Origin: an uncultured bacterium
GTDB lineage: Bacteria > Babelota > Babeliae > Babelales > Babelaceae
DNA length: 64,000 bases
Reading direction: 5' to 3'
NCBI GenBank assembly: GCA_963824495.1
Contig: CAWGPQ010000005.1
Coordinates: forward strand, 52,033 to 116,032
Both the position numbers and the translations under genes were made by a program. Positions 19,404 through 30,100 of this stretch are shown here, one piece after another. Numbering within the stretch: the first letter of the stretch is position 1; each line of letters opens with the position of its first letter. The notes beneath the pieces were generated by a model that made no database searches, was not told where the DNA came from, and worked only from the letters and a program-made list of their open reading frames with translations.

Positions 19404-20063
19404 TCAAGGAAAATGAGTGATACCTAATTTTTTCCAGTCAGCATCAAAAAGCACCATACCCCTTTCAGTCAGGGGATGTTCAAGTGATTTTTCAAGTAAA
19501 TCAACAGGAATCGTTGCAATATCCACACCTAAAACTGCTACCTGATGTATATGGGAAATTGAGCGAATCGAGGCTGCTAAAAGTTCTGTCTCAAAGCCAT
19601 AGAGTATCAGTATATCTCGTAAATCGCTAATAACTTCTATACCATCGTAGCCAATATCGTCGATTCGTCCAATAAATGGCGATATATAGCGTACGCCAAG
19701 CTTGGCCATCATCAAACCCTGTAGTGCAGAAAAAATGAGGGTGATATTAAGAGCTATGCCCTCGTGAACAAGCTTTTTGATTACGGTTACGTACTCTTTA
19801 GAGCAGGGTATTTTAACGACAACGTTGTCAGCAAGTGCTGCTATACGGTGTGCTTGTTCATAAACTGCTTGTGGTTCTTGCTCGGTAACTTCGATGCTAA
19901 CATCATGACCCTTCATAATAGTACAAATTTCACGTAACGCTTTATCCGGTGATTCGGATTGCTTGCTTAAGTGGCTTGGGTTGGTTGTAACGCCATCAAT
20001 AAGTCCTGTGGTTACCCATCGTCGTATACTTTCAGCATCAGCGGTATCCAGAAATATTTTCAT
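19404..20063 (-). CDS. fsa: Fructose-6-phosphate aldolase/transaldolase (TalC/MipB family)
   Basis: MKIFLDTA, GVTTNPS, VVKIP, NITLIFS, YISPFIGRIDD, AASIR. Confidence 0.93.
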   Translation of the reverse strand: MKIFLDTADAESIRRWVTTGLIDGVTTNPSHLSKQSESPDKALREICTIMKGHDVSIEVTEQEPQAVYEQAHRIAALADNVVVKIPCSKEYVTVIKKLVHEGIALNITLIFSALQGLMMAKLGVRYISPFIGRIDDIGYDGIEVISDLRDILILYGFETELLAASIRSISHIHQVAVLGVDIATIPVDLLEKSLEHPLTERGMVLFDADWKKLGITHFP

Positions 20064-20225
20064 AGTATCCTTTTTTTGTTTAATACTTACTACGTGCTCT
20101 ACACGCTAGTATGAAGTCAGGGCGTCACATAAATCAAGGATCTAGACAAATGGACAATGACGTACTAATGTAGATCTTGAAGCAAAAAAAGGGTGGCGTG
20201 TACTAAAAAAAGGAAAGGGTAATGA

Positions 20226-23200
20226 ATGCGTACCTTGCCAAGAAGTTATTGTATATTTCTTACTTTTGTGCTCATGTTATCGTATGCACATACCGCTGGT
20301 GCTGATAATGAGCACGATGCATATGTCCAGACTAATCTCGATGATAGCTCTGTGAGTGGCGCAGAAGAAAGCCTGATAGATATTACTGAGCTTTTACCAG
20401 TACTTGAGCGTATTAAATCTCTTGCTGAAGATGAAGATCATGTAGCACGTTTTGATAATTTTTACTCGAGCAGTAATGATCAGAAAGACGTACTACGTAA
20501 AGCCCAGGTATACCCACAGGAAGCACTTGAGCTTGTTGAAAGTAGTATTAATCTGCTTGATAAGCACTATGATAAAATGGCTGATGCTGCAGATCTTGAT
20601 AGTATTGTCACAACTCTGGGTGATTATTGGAGTTGCTTGCGTGATATACATGATACTCAAGATAGCATTCGTGGTGTCAGGAGACCCTTTGCACATCAAC
20701 TCCCCCATCAACAATCTGTTAAGAAATCAAGCTTTGATAAAATATTTTTAAATGATCTAAAAGTGCGACGCAATGCCAAAGTAGGTGGTAATGGACAGAT
20801 CGAAGGTTGCCTTGCAGTTAAAGGCGATACAGAACTTGGTGGTGAGCTTACAGTTAGTAAGGAAGCATTGTTTGAAAAGGACGTAACCCTAGCCCATGGT
20901 GCTGACTTACATGCTGGTGGAGATCTATCCGTAAAGGGAGTTACGTCACTTAATACACTCAAGGTAGAAGGGAGCGAGCTCATAGAAGGTAAGCTTATCG
21001 TAGATAATAATGCCATCTTTAAGGATGATGTCAAAATTGAGGGTGGTTTGACAATACGAGGTGCCTTGAATTTAAGCACGATCGGTAATGTGACATTTAA
21101 TGATTTGACTATTTCTCATTTGACTACTCATGATAGTAAAATTATCGGCGATGAGACGGTTATAGGCAATGAATCAGTTAGTGGTAAGTTGAGTGTTGGG
21201 CAAGGTGCCGTCTTTAATGACAATGTTCTTGTGAAAGGTGATTGTACCGTTAAAGGTGCTACATCTCTTGATACGCTTGCAGCTGGTACAACAAAGTTGG
21301 GCTCTACGACCATTCAAGGGTCAGAAACGGTTACCGGTCGATTAAGTGTTTATGATAAAGCTATATTTACCGATGATGTGGTATTAGGTACACGAGCAAG
21401 CACAACGACGGTTTCTGGTGATTTAAACACTGAGGCTATTCATGCTAGTGGCTCAGTACATGTGGGTGGTAATGTGCACGTTGGTAACGCTGTTCGTACC
21501 CAGAGCTTAACGGCCAGCGGAGATGTTCTTGTTGAAGGTGACGCATCTTTTAAGAAGAATGTTGTGCTTGGCAGTTATGGTAGTACTGTTAAAGTTAATG
21601 GCACACTTGATATCCCTGCGCTCCATGTAAGCGGTGACGAGTCGGTTGATGGTACTTTAGATGTGGCTGGCATGACGCATTTGGCAAGCATGGTGACTGA
21701 GGGTGACGCTACATTCCAGGGTATGGTAAAGCTTGGTGGTTGTGGTAAGCAGGTAACGATCTGTAGCCCACTTTCTACACAGGATCTGAAGGTTGATGGT
21801 GATGCAACAGTTCACGATATCTTAACCGTAGATGGAGATACAAGGCTTGCTTCGCTTACTGCCAGTGGTGATACGGCATTGCAAGGTAATGTGATCTTAG
21901 GTAGTTGCGGTAGCTCGGTTAAAGTTACTGGAGCATTTGATACTTCTATGCTTCGCGTGAGTGGTAACGAATCAGTAGATGGTACTCTAGATGTAGCTGG
22001 CGCTACCCGTTTGGCAAGCATACTAGCTGAAGGTGACGCTACGCTTCGTGGTACAGTAAGGCTTGGTGGTTGTGGTAAGCAGGTGACGGTCTGTGGTCCA
22101 CTTTTTACGCAAGAGCTGAATGTGACTGGTGACGCAATAGTTCAGGACACTTTGACTGTAGATGGGGATACAAAGCTTACTTCGCTTATAGTAAGCACTG
22201 ATACGACATTACAAGGTAATGTAATTTTAGGTAGTGCCGATAGCGGAGTTAAAGTTACCGGAGTATTTGACGCTTCTACGCTTCATGTAAGTGGTAATGA
22301 GTTGGTAGCCGGTAACTTAGATGTAGCTGGTGCTACTCGTTTGGCAAGCGTACTGGCTGAGGATGTCATTGTTGATACGCTTTCAGCTGGTATAACAAAG
22401 TTGGGCTCTACGACCATTCAAGGGTCAGAAACGGTTACCGGTCGATTAAGTGTTTATGATAAAGCTATATTTACCGATGATGTTGTACTAGGTACACGAG
22501 CAAGCACAACAACAGTTTCCGGTGATTTAAACACTGAGGCTATTCATGCTAGTGGCTCAGTACATGTAGATGGGAATGTGCAGGTTGATAGTGCTATCCG
22601 TGCCCAGAGCTTGACAGTTAGTGAAGATGTTCTCGCTGAAGGTGATGCGTTATTTAAGAAAAATGTAATCTTAGGCGATTGCGGTAGCATGGTTAAAGTT
22701 AATGGCGTACTAGATACTTCCGAGCTTCATGTGCATGGTAGTGAAGTAGTGGATGGCGATTTAGATGTAGCTGGTACTACGCGTTTGGCAAGCATACTAG
22801 CTGAGGGTGATGCTACGCTTCGGGGTACAGTAAAACTTGGTGATTGTGGTAATGAGGTAACCGTCTGCGGCTCACTTTCTACGGGGGATCTGAAGGTTGA
22901 TGGTGATGCAACAGTTCACGATGTCTTAACCGTAGATGGGGATACAAGGCTTGCTTCGCTTACTGCCGGTGGTGATACAGCACTGCAAGGTAATGTAATC
23001 TTAGGCAGTTGTGGTAGCACCGTTAAAGTTAATGGATCGCTTGAGGCTTCTGAGCTTTATGTATATGGCAGTGAAGTAGTGGATGGCGATTTAGATGTAG
23101 CTGGTACTACGCGTTTAGCAAGCATACTAGCTGAGGGTGATGCTACGCTTCGGGGTACAGTAAAACTTGGTGATTGTGGTAATGAGGTAACCGTCTGCGG

Positions 23201-26200
23201 CTCACTTTCTACGGGGGATCTGAAGGTTGATGGTGATGCAACAGTTCACGATGTCTTAACCGTAGATGGGGATACAAGGCTTGCTTCGCTTACTGCCGGT
23301 GGTGATACAGCACTGCAAGGTAATGTAATCTTAGGCAGTTGTGGTAGCACCGTTAAAGTTAATGGATCGCTTGAGGCTTCTGAGCTTTATGTATATGGCA
23401 GTGAAGTAGTGGATGGCGATTTAGATGTAGCTGGTACTACGCGTTTGGCAAGCATACTAGCTGAGGGTGATGCTACGCTTCGGGGTACAGTAAAACTTGG
23501 TGATTGTGGTAATGAGGTAACCGTCTGCGGCTTACTTTCTACGCGGGATCTGAAGGTTGATGGTGATGCAACAGTTCACGATGTCTTAACCGTGGATGGG
23601 GATACAAGGCTTGCTTCGCTTACTGCCAATGGTGATACAGCATTGCGAGGTAATGTAATCTTAGGCGATTGCGGTAGCACTGTTAAAGTTAACGGAGTAC
23701 TTGAAGCTTCTGCGCTCCATGTAAGTGGTAATGAGTTGGTAACTGGTAATTTAGATGTAGCTGGTACTACGCGTTTGGCAGGCGTACTAGCTGAGGGTGA
23801 TGCTACGCTTCGCGGTACAGTAATACTTGGTGATTGTGGTAATGAGGTAACCGTTTGCGGCCCACTTTCTACATGGAGTCTCAAGGTTGATGGTGACGCA
23901 ACAGTTCACGATGTCTTAACCGTAGATGGAGATACGAGGCTTGCTTCGCTTAGTGCCAGCGGCGATACAGCACTGCGAGGTAATGTAGTCTTAGGCAGTT
24001 GTGGTACTAAAATAACAATTTGCGGCGAGCTTGATATTCCGCTTCCTCATAAAGAAGAAGACCACTGTGGTAATGAGAAGGTATGCGGTAACTTGGATGT
24101 TAGGGGTGACGTTACGATTGGCTGCTCAACAGGACCCTGTTCGTCACGCGATTGTTGCGTGTGTCCCTCACCGATACCAGGAGGGTTAACTGTTTGTGGG
24201 CCAACGAACTTAAAAGGTGATGTTTCTATTGGTTGCCCTTATGGTACAGGAACGTTAACCGTATGTGATAGTACACTATTTAACGGGCCCGTAAGCTTTA
24301 CACAGTGCATAACAGGACCGTTATGTGTTAATGGAGATTTTACTGTTAACGGTAACGAGGTGGTTAACGGTAATCTTACTGTTACCGGTGATCAGATAAT
24401 AGATGGTGATTTAACCGTTAAAGGAACTATTAATGGTGAGGTAACATTGCCCGATACCGTAACCATTGGTTGTCAAACCGGTGAGGGTAGCTTAATTGTT
24501 TGTGGAACGGCAACGTTTACCGATACAGTAAATTTTGAAGGACCAATAGTATTTAGCGGAAGCCCAGAATTTGACGAGTGCATAACGGGACCGGTATGTG
24601 TTAATGGGGATGTTACTGTTAATGGTGACGAAGTAGTTAACGGTGATCTTACCGTGAGAGGTATGGCAGACTTTCAAGATAATGTTAGTATTGGCTGTCC
24701 TTATGGCACGGGCAATTTAACCGTGTGCGGCAGCTCTTTATTTAGTGGTGCTGTAACGTTTGCTGATAGTGTAACATTTGAACAATGCATAACGGGACCA
24801 TTATGTGTTAACGGTACCTTTACCGTTAATGGTAACGAGACGGTTAATGGCAATCTAACAGTAACTGGAACATCAACATTTGATGGTGCTGTAACGTTTG
24901 CTGATAGTGTAACATTTGAACAATGCATAACAGGGCCATTATGTGTTAATGGTACCTTTACCGTTAATGGTAACGAGACGGTTAACGGTAATTTGACGGT
25001 GACAGGTACTATATTTCAGGGGACTAACTCGGTAGTAGTAGGAACTACCACATCCAACAATGACGCAATCGCTCGCTTTAGTGGAACTACCGGTGAAGCT
25101 ATCAAGAACTCAGCCATGATCTTAACGGATCTGATAACGACGCCACAACCTTATGTAGCATTACAGGCTGATGATCTTGTTACGCCGAATATATCATTTG
25201 TGGTTGAGCCAAAGGGCACTGGGGCTTTAATCGCAACTATTTCAACAGGTATTTTTGGCAATGCCCGGGGTATTAATGCTGTTGACTTGCAGCTGAACAG
25301 ACCGGCAGCGACAGATGTTGCAGGGGGGGATTTTTCTACCGTAAGCGGTGGTTCTGGCAACGCAATTACTGGGCCAATTACAGCCAACATAGCAGAGACA
25401 ACAATAAGTGGTGGTAGCGGTAATACTATAAGCGTGCTTGATACAAGTACAGCAGTTGAAGCAACAATAGGTGGTGGTTCTGGCAATTCTATTATGTCGA
25501 TCACTGCTGGTGTAACAAATAATGCAACAATTGCTGGCGGTATCGGTAATACTATAAGTGGTAATGGTTCGACCGGTACTTCGGGTTTTAACGCAACTAT
25601 AGGTGGTGGTTTTGGTAATGCTGCATCCGCTCAAGGTGTTGTAATAGCTGGTGGTGAGGCAAATGCTGCTAGTGGTATCACTTCAACTATAGGTGGCGGT
25701 ACGGGCAATTCAATTACCGGGCCAATTACGGCTAACATAGCAGATACAACAATAAGTGGTGGTATTGGTAATACTATAAGCATACTTGATACAAGTACAG
25801 CAGTTGAAGCGACAATAGGTGGTGGTTCTAGTAATTCTATTACGTCGACCACCGCTGGTGTAGCAAATAATGCAACAATTGCTGGCGGTAGCGGTAACAC
25901 TATAAGTGGTAACGGTTCAACTGGTACTTCGGGTCTTAACGCAACAATAGGGGGCGGTCTTAGTAATGCTGTGTCCGCTCAAGGTGTTGTAATAGCCGGT
26001 GGCGAGTCTAATGGTGCTGGCGGTACCGATTCAACTATAGGTGGCGGTACGCGTAATTCAATTAGTGGGGTGGCCACTAGTATAGCAGCCACAACGATAG
26101 GTGGTGGTAGCGCTAACTCAATATCAACAAGTGATACAAGCACGGCAATTCAAGCAACAATAGGCGGTGGTTCCGGTAATTCAATTACAGTGATAAATGC

Positions 26201-27032
26201 CGGAGTAGCAGATAATGCAACAATTGCTGGCGGTAGTACCAATGTTATAAGTATTAACGCTGTCATTGGCCCTAATGCGACAATAGGTGGTGGCTTGAGT
26301 AACCTCGCAGAGGCTGAGGGTACCGTAATAGCTGGTGGTGAGAATAATAGTGCCGAGCGTCCCTTTGCTACCGTTGGAGGCGGCAGTGGTAACACTGTAT
26401 CCGGTGAATACTCTACAATTCCAGGCGGGATCAATAATTCAGCGTCAGGTACCGCCAGTTTTGCGGCAGGTAATATGGCGCAGGCAGTTAATAATGGTGC
26501 TTTTGTGTGGGCAGATGACCTTGGTGGTGGTACTGCCTTTTCAAGTACGCTTGCTAATCAGTTTAGCGCACGGGCTACAGGTGGGGTAGTTTTTGATTTA
26601 GGTGGTGCAGCTGGAACGCCAACGGCAGGTACTTTCTTAATAGAAGGTGCTTTAACGGTAACAGGGGCTAAAGCGTTCGATATACCTCACCCAAGCAAGC
26701 CAGGCATGAGGTTACGTCATTCATGCGTTGAGTCTCCAACTGCCGGTGATAATATATATAGATTTACGGTTGAAGTTGTTGATGGTAAGGCTGAACTGGA
26801 ACTTCCAGATTATTTCCCTTACCTAAACGGTAATATACAGGCATGGGCCAACCCTGCTAGCGTGTTTGGTTTTGCGCAAGCGATCTATGATGCTACGTCA
26901 AATGAAATACGTGTTATTGGTTCAGCAGATGGTGTCTATAATATACTCGTTATCGGTACACGTATTGACGCACTTGCGCAACAAGCATGGGCTGCAACAG
27001 GAGTTGAATATACACATCAACAGGTATCTTAA
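20226..27032 (+). CDS. Giant secreted repetitive fibre/adhesin-like protein 1 (2268 aa)
   Basis: Signal peptide; acidic N-domain; beta-helix-like (V/L)xVxG repeats with periodic Cys; ATIGGGxxN repeats; C-terminal KAFDIPHP...LRHSCVESP domain. Confidence 0.85.
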   Translation: MRTLPRSYCIFLTFVLMLSYAHTAGADNEHDAYVQTNLDDSSVSGAEESLIDITELLPVLERIKSLAEDEDHVARFDNFYSSSNDQKDVLRKAQVYPQEALELVESSINLLDKHYDKMADAADLDSIVTTLGDYWSCLRDIHDTQDSIRGVRRPFAHQLPHQQSVKKSSFDKIFLNDLKVRRNAKVGGNGQIEGCLAVKGDTELGGELTVSKEALFEKDVTLAHGADLHAGGDLSVKGVTSLNTLKVEGSELIEGKLIVDNNAIFKDDVKIEGGLTIRGALNLSTIGNVTFNDLTISHLTTHDSKIIGDETVIGNESVSGKLSVGQGAVFNDNVLVKGDCTVKGATSLDTLAAGTTKLGSTTIQGSETVTGRLSVYDKAIFTDDVVLGTRASTTTVSGDLNTEAIHASGSVHVGGNVHVGNAVRTQSLTASGDVLVEGDASFKKNVVLGSYGSTVKVNGTLDIPALHVSGDESVDGTLDVAGMTHLASMVTEGDATFQGMVKLGGCGKQVTICSPLSTQDLKVDGDATVHDILTVDGDTRLASLTASGDTALQGNVILGSCGSSVKVTGAFDTSMLRVSGNESVDGTLDVAGATRLASILAEGDATLRGTVRLGGCGKQVTVCGPLFTQELNVTGDAIVQDTLTVDGDTKLTSLIVSTDTTLQGNVILGSADSGVKVTGVFDASTLHVSGNELVAGNLDVAGATRLASVLAEDVIVDTLSAGITKLGSTTIQGSETVTGRLSVYDKAIFTDDVVLGTRASTTTVSGDLNTEAIHASGSVHVDGNVQVDSAIRAQSLTVSEDVLAEGDALFKKNVILGDCGSMVKVNGVLDTSELHVHGSEVVDGDLDVAGTTRLASILAEGDATLRGTVKLGDCGNEVTVCGSLSTGDLKVDGDATVHDVLTVDGDTRLASLTAGGDTALQGNVILGSCGSTVKVNGSLEASELYVYGSEVVDGDLDVAGTTRLASILAEGDATLRGTVKLGDCGNEVTVCGSLSTGDLKVDGDATVHDVLTVDGDTRLASLTAGGDTALQGNVILGSCGSTVKVNGSLEASELYVYGSEVVDGDLDVAGTTRLASILAEGDATLRGTVKLGDCGNEVTVCGLLSTRDLKVDGDATVHDVLTVDGDTRLASLTANGDTALRGNVILGDCGSTVKVNGVLEASALHVSGNELVTGNLDVAGTTRLAGVLAEGDATLRGTVILGDCGNEVTVCGPLSTWSLKVDGDATVHDVLTVDGDTRLASLSASGDTALRGNVVLGSCGTKITICGELDIPLPHKEEDHCGNEKVCGNLDVRGDVTIGCSTGPCSSRDCCVCPSPIPGGLTVCGPTNLKGDVSIGCPYGTGTLTVCDSTLFNGPVSFTQCITGPLCVNGDFTVNGNEVVNGNLTVTGDQIIDGDLTVKGTINGEVTLPDTVTIGCQTGEGSLIVCGTATFTDTVNFEGPIVFSGSPEFDECITGPVCVNGDVTVNGDEVVNGDLTVRGMADFQDNVSIGCPYGTGNLTVCGSSLFSGAVTFADSVTFEQCITGPLCVNGTFTVNGNETVNGNLTVTGTSTFDGAVTFADSVTFEQCITGPLCVNGTFTVNGNETVNGNLTVTGTIFQGTNSVVVGTTTSNNDAIARFSGTTGEAIKNSAMILTDLITTPQPYVALQADDLVTPNISFVVEPKGTGALIATISTGIFGNARGINAVDLQLNRPAATDVAGGDFSTVSGGSGNAITGPITANIAETTISGGSGNTISVLDTSTAVEATIGGGSGNSIMSITAGVTNNATIAGGIGNTISGNGSTGTSGFNATIGGGFGNAASAQGVVIAGGEANAASGITSTIGGGTGNSITGPITANIADTTISGGIGNTISILDTSTAVEATIGGGSSNSITSTTAGVANNATIAGGSGNTISGNGSTGTSGLNATIGGGLSNAVSAQGVVIAGGESNGAGGTDSTIGGGTRNSISGVATSIAATTIGGGSANSISTSDTSTAIQATIGGGSGNSITVINAGVADNATIAGGSTNVISINAVIGPNATIGGGLSNLAEAEGTVIAGGENNSAERPFATVGGGSGNTVSGEYSTIPGGINNSASGTASFAAGNMAQAVNNGAFVWADDLGGGTAFSSTLANQFSARATGGVVFDLGGAAGTPTAGTFLIEGALTVTGAKAFDIPHPSKPGMRLRHSCVESPTAGDNIYRFTVEVVDGKAELELPDYFPYLNGNIQAWANPASVFGFAQAIYDATSNEIRVIGSADGVYNILVIGTRIDALAQQAWAATGVEYTHQQVS
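22671..23990 (+). repeat. 330-bp (110-aa) near-identical coding tandem repeat, about 4 copies
   Basis: TTAGATGTAGCTGGTACTAC recurs at 22761, 23091, 23421 and 23751. More diverged 330-bp units occur at about 21657, 21987 and 22317. Confidence 0.9.
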
Positions 27033-27075
27033 TCGATAACCATGAGGTACATTGAGATAAATATTGAGGTAAATA

Positions 27076-27100
27076 AGGAAGAGGCTTCATGCCTCTTCCT
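27076..27100 (+). terminator. Perfect 10-bp stem-loop between fibre genes 1 and 2 (no U tract)
   Basis: AGGAAGAGGC-TTCAT-GCCTCTTCCT. Confidence 0.55.
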
Positions 27101-27167
27101 CGTAGTATTAAGGTAGTATTGAGTAATGTTAAGTAACGTTAAGTTAAAGCTAAAAAAAGGGGTAGTT

Positions 27168-30100
27168 ATGGGTATAGTAAAAGGAAATGCTTCTAAGATG
27201 CTGTTGGTTTGTTTGCTAGCTATAGCACGTGCGTATACTGCTCGTGCTGAAAGTGAGCACGATGCATATGTCCAGATTAATCTTGATGATGGCTCTGTAA
27301 GCAGTGTAGAAGAAAGCCTGATAGATATTACTGAGCTTTTACCCGTACTCGAGCGTATTAAATCTCTTGCTGAAGATGAAGATTACGTAGCACGTTTTGA
27401 TAATTTTTATTCGAGCAGTGATAGTCAGGGCAACGTACTACGTAAGGCCCAGGTATACCCACAGGACGCACTTGAGCTCGTTGAGAGTAGTATTAATGTG
27501 CTTGATAAGCACTATGATAAAATGGCTGACGCTGCAGATCTTGATAGCATTGTTAAAACTCTGGGTGATTATTGGAGTTGCTTGCACGATATGCATGATA
27601 CTCAAGATAGCATTCGTAGTAATAAAAAATCCGTTATAAATAACCAGCAAATAAAAAAATCAAGCCTTGATAAAATATTCTTAAATGATCTTAAGGTACG
27701 AGGCAATGCCAAAGTATGTGGCAATGGACAGATTGAAAGTTGCCTTGTAGTTAAAGGTGACACAGAACTTGGTGGTGAGCTTACGGTCAGCAAAGAAGCA
27801 TTGTTTGAAAAGGACGTAACCATAGCCCATGATGCAGATTTAAGCGTAGATGGTGATCTATCAGTAAAAGGTAGTACGTTACTTACTACGCTCAAGGTGG
27901 AAGGAAGCGAGCTTGTAGAAGGTAACGCTATATTTAAAGATGATGTCAAAATTGAGGGTGGTCTGACAATACGGGGACCTTTGAATTTAAGCACTATCGG
28001 TAACGTAACATTTAATGATTTGGCCATTTCTCATTTGACCACTCATGATAGTAAAATTATCGGTGATGAGACGGTTATAGGCAATGAATCAGTTAGTGGT
28101 AAGTTGAGTGTTGGGCAAGGTGCCGTCTTTAATGATAATGTTCTTGTGAAAGGTGATTGTACCGTTAAAGGTGCTACATCTCTTGATACGCTTTCAGCTG
28201 GTACAACAAGGTTGGGCTCTACGACTATTCAAGGAGCTGAGACGATTACTGGTCGATTAAGTGTTTACGATAAAGCTATATTTACCGATGACGTTGTACT
28301 AGGTACACGAGCAAGCACAACGACGGTTTCTGGTGATTTAAACACTGAGGCTATTCATGCTAGTGGCTCAGTACATGTAGATGGGAATGTGCATGTTGGT
28401 AATGCTGTTCGTATCCAGAGCTTAACGGCTAGTGGAGACGTTCTTGTTGAAGGTGATGCGTTATTTAAGAAAAATGTAATCTTAGGCGATTGCGGTAGCA
28501 CTGTTAAAGTTAACGGAGTACTTGAAGCTTCTGCGCTCCATGTAAGTGGTAATGAGTTGGTAACTGGTAATTTAGATGTAGCTGGTACTACGCGTTTGGC
28601 AGGCGTACTAGCTGAGGGTGATGCTACGCTTCGCGGTACGGTAATACTTGGTGATTGTGGTAATGAGGTAACTGTTTGTGGCCCACTTTCTACACAGGGT
28701 CTGAAGGTTGATGGTGATGCAAAAGTTCACGATGTCTTAACCGTAGATGGGGATACAAGGCTTGCTTCGCTTACTGCCAGCGGCGATACAGCATTGCGAG
28801 GTAATGTAATCTTAGGCAGTTGTGGTACTAAAATAACAATTTGTGGTGAGCTTGATATTCCGCTTCCTCATAAAGAAGAAGACCACTGTGGTAATGAGAA
28901 GGTATGCGGTAGCTTGGATGTTAGGGGTGACGTTAAGATTGGCTGCTCAACAGGACCCTGTTCGTCACGCGATTGTTGCGTGTGTCCCTCACCGATACCA
29001 GGAGGGTTAACTGTTTGTGGGTTAACGAACTTAAAAGGTGATGTTTCTATTGGTTGCCCTTATGGTACAGGAACGTTAACCGTATGTGATAGTACACTAT
29101 TTAACGGGCCTGTAAGCTTTACACAGTGTATAACGGGACCATTATGTGTTAATGGGGATTTTACTGTTAATGGTAATGAAGTAGTTAATGGTAACCTTAC
29201 CGTTACCGGTGACCAGACAATAGACGGTGATTTAACCGTTAAAGGAACTATTAGTGGTGAGGTGACATTGCCCGATACCGTAACCATTGGTTGCCAAACA
29301 GGTGAGGGTAGCTTAATTGTTTGCGGAACAGCAACGTTTACCGATACAGTAAATTTTGAAGGACCTGTAGTATTTAGTGGAAGCACGGAATTTGACGAAT
29401 GCATAACAGGACCATTATGTGTTGATGGAGATCTTACTGTTAATGGTGACGAAGTAGTTAACGGTGACCTTACCGTGAGAGGTGCAACAAACTTTCAAGA
29501 TAATGTCAGTATTGGTTGCCCTTATGGTACGGGAACGTTAACCGTATGTGATAGTACACTATTTAACGGGCCTGTAAGCTTTACACAGTGCATAACAGGA
29601 CCGTTATGTGTTAATGGAGATTTTACTGTTAACGGTAACGAAGTAGTTAATGGTAATCTTACTGTTACCGGTGATCAGACAATAGATGGTGATTTAACCG
29701 TTAAAGGAACTATTAACGGTGAGGTAACATTGCCCGATACCGTAACCATTGGTTGTCAAACCGGTGAGGGTAGCTTAATTGTTTGTGGAACGGCAACGTT
29801 TACCGATACAGTAAATTTTGAAGGACCTGTAGTATTTAGTGGAAGCCCCGAATTTGACGAGTGCATAACGGGACCGGTATGTGTTAATGGGGATGTTACT
29901 GTTAATGGTGACGAAGTAGTTAACGGTGATCTTACCGTGAGAGGCACAACAAACTTTCAAGATGATGTTAGTATTGGCTGTCCTTATGGCACAGGCAATT
30001 TAACCGTATGTGGCAGCTCTTTATTTAATGGTGCTGTAACGTTTGCTGATGGTGTAACATTTGAACAATGCATAACGGGACCATTATGTGTTAATGGGGA

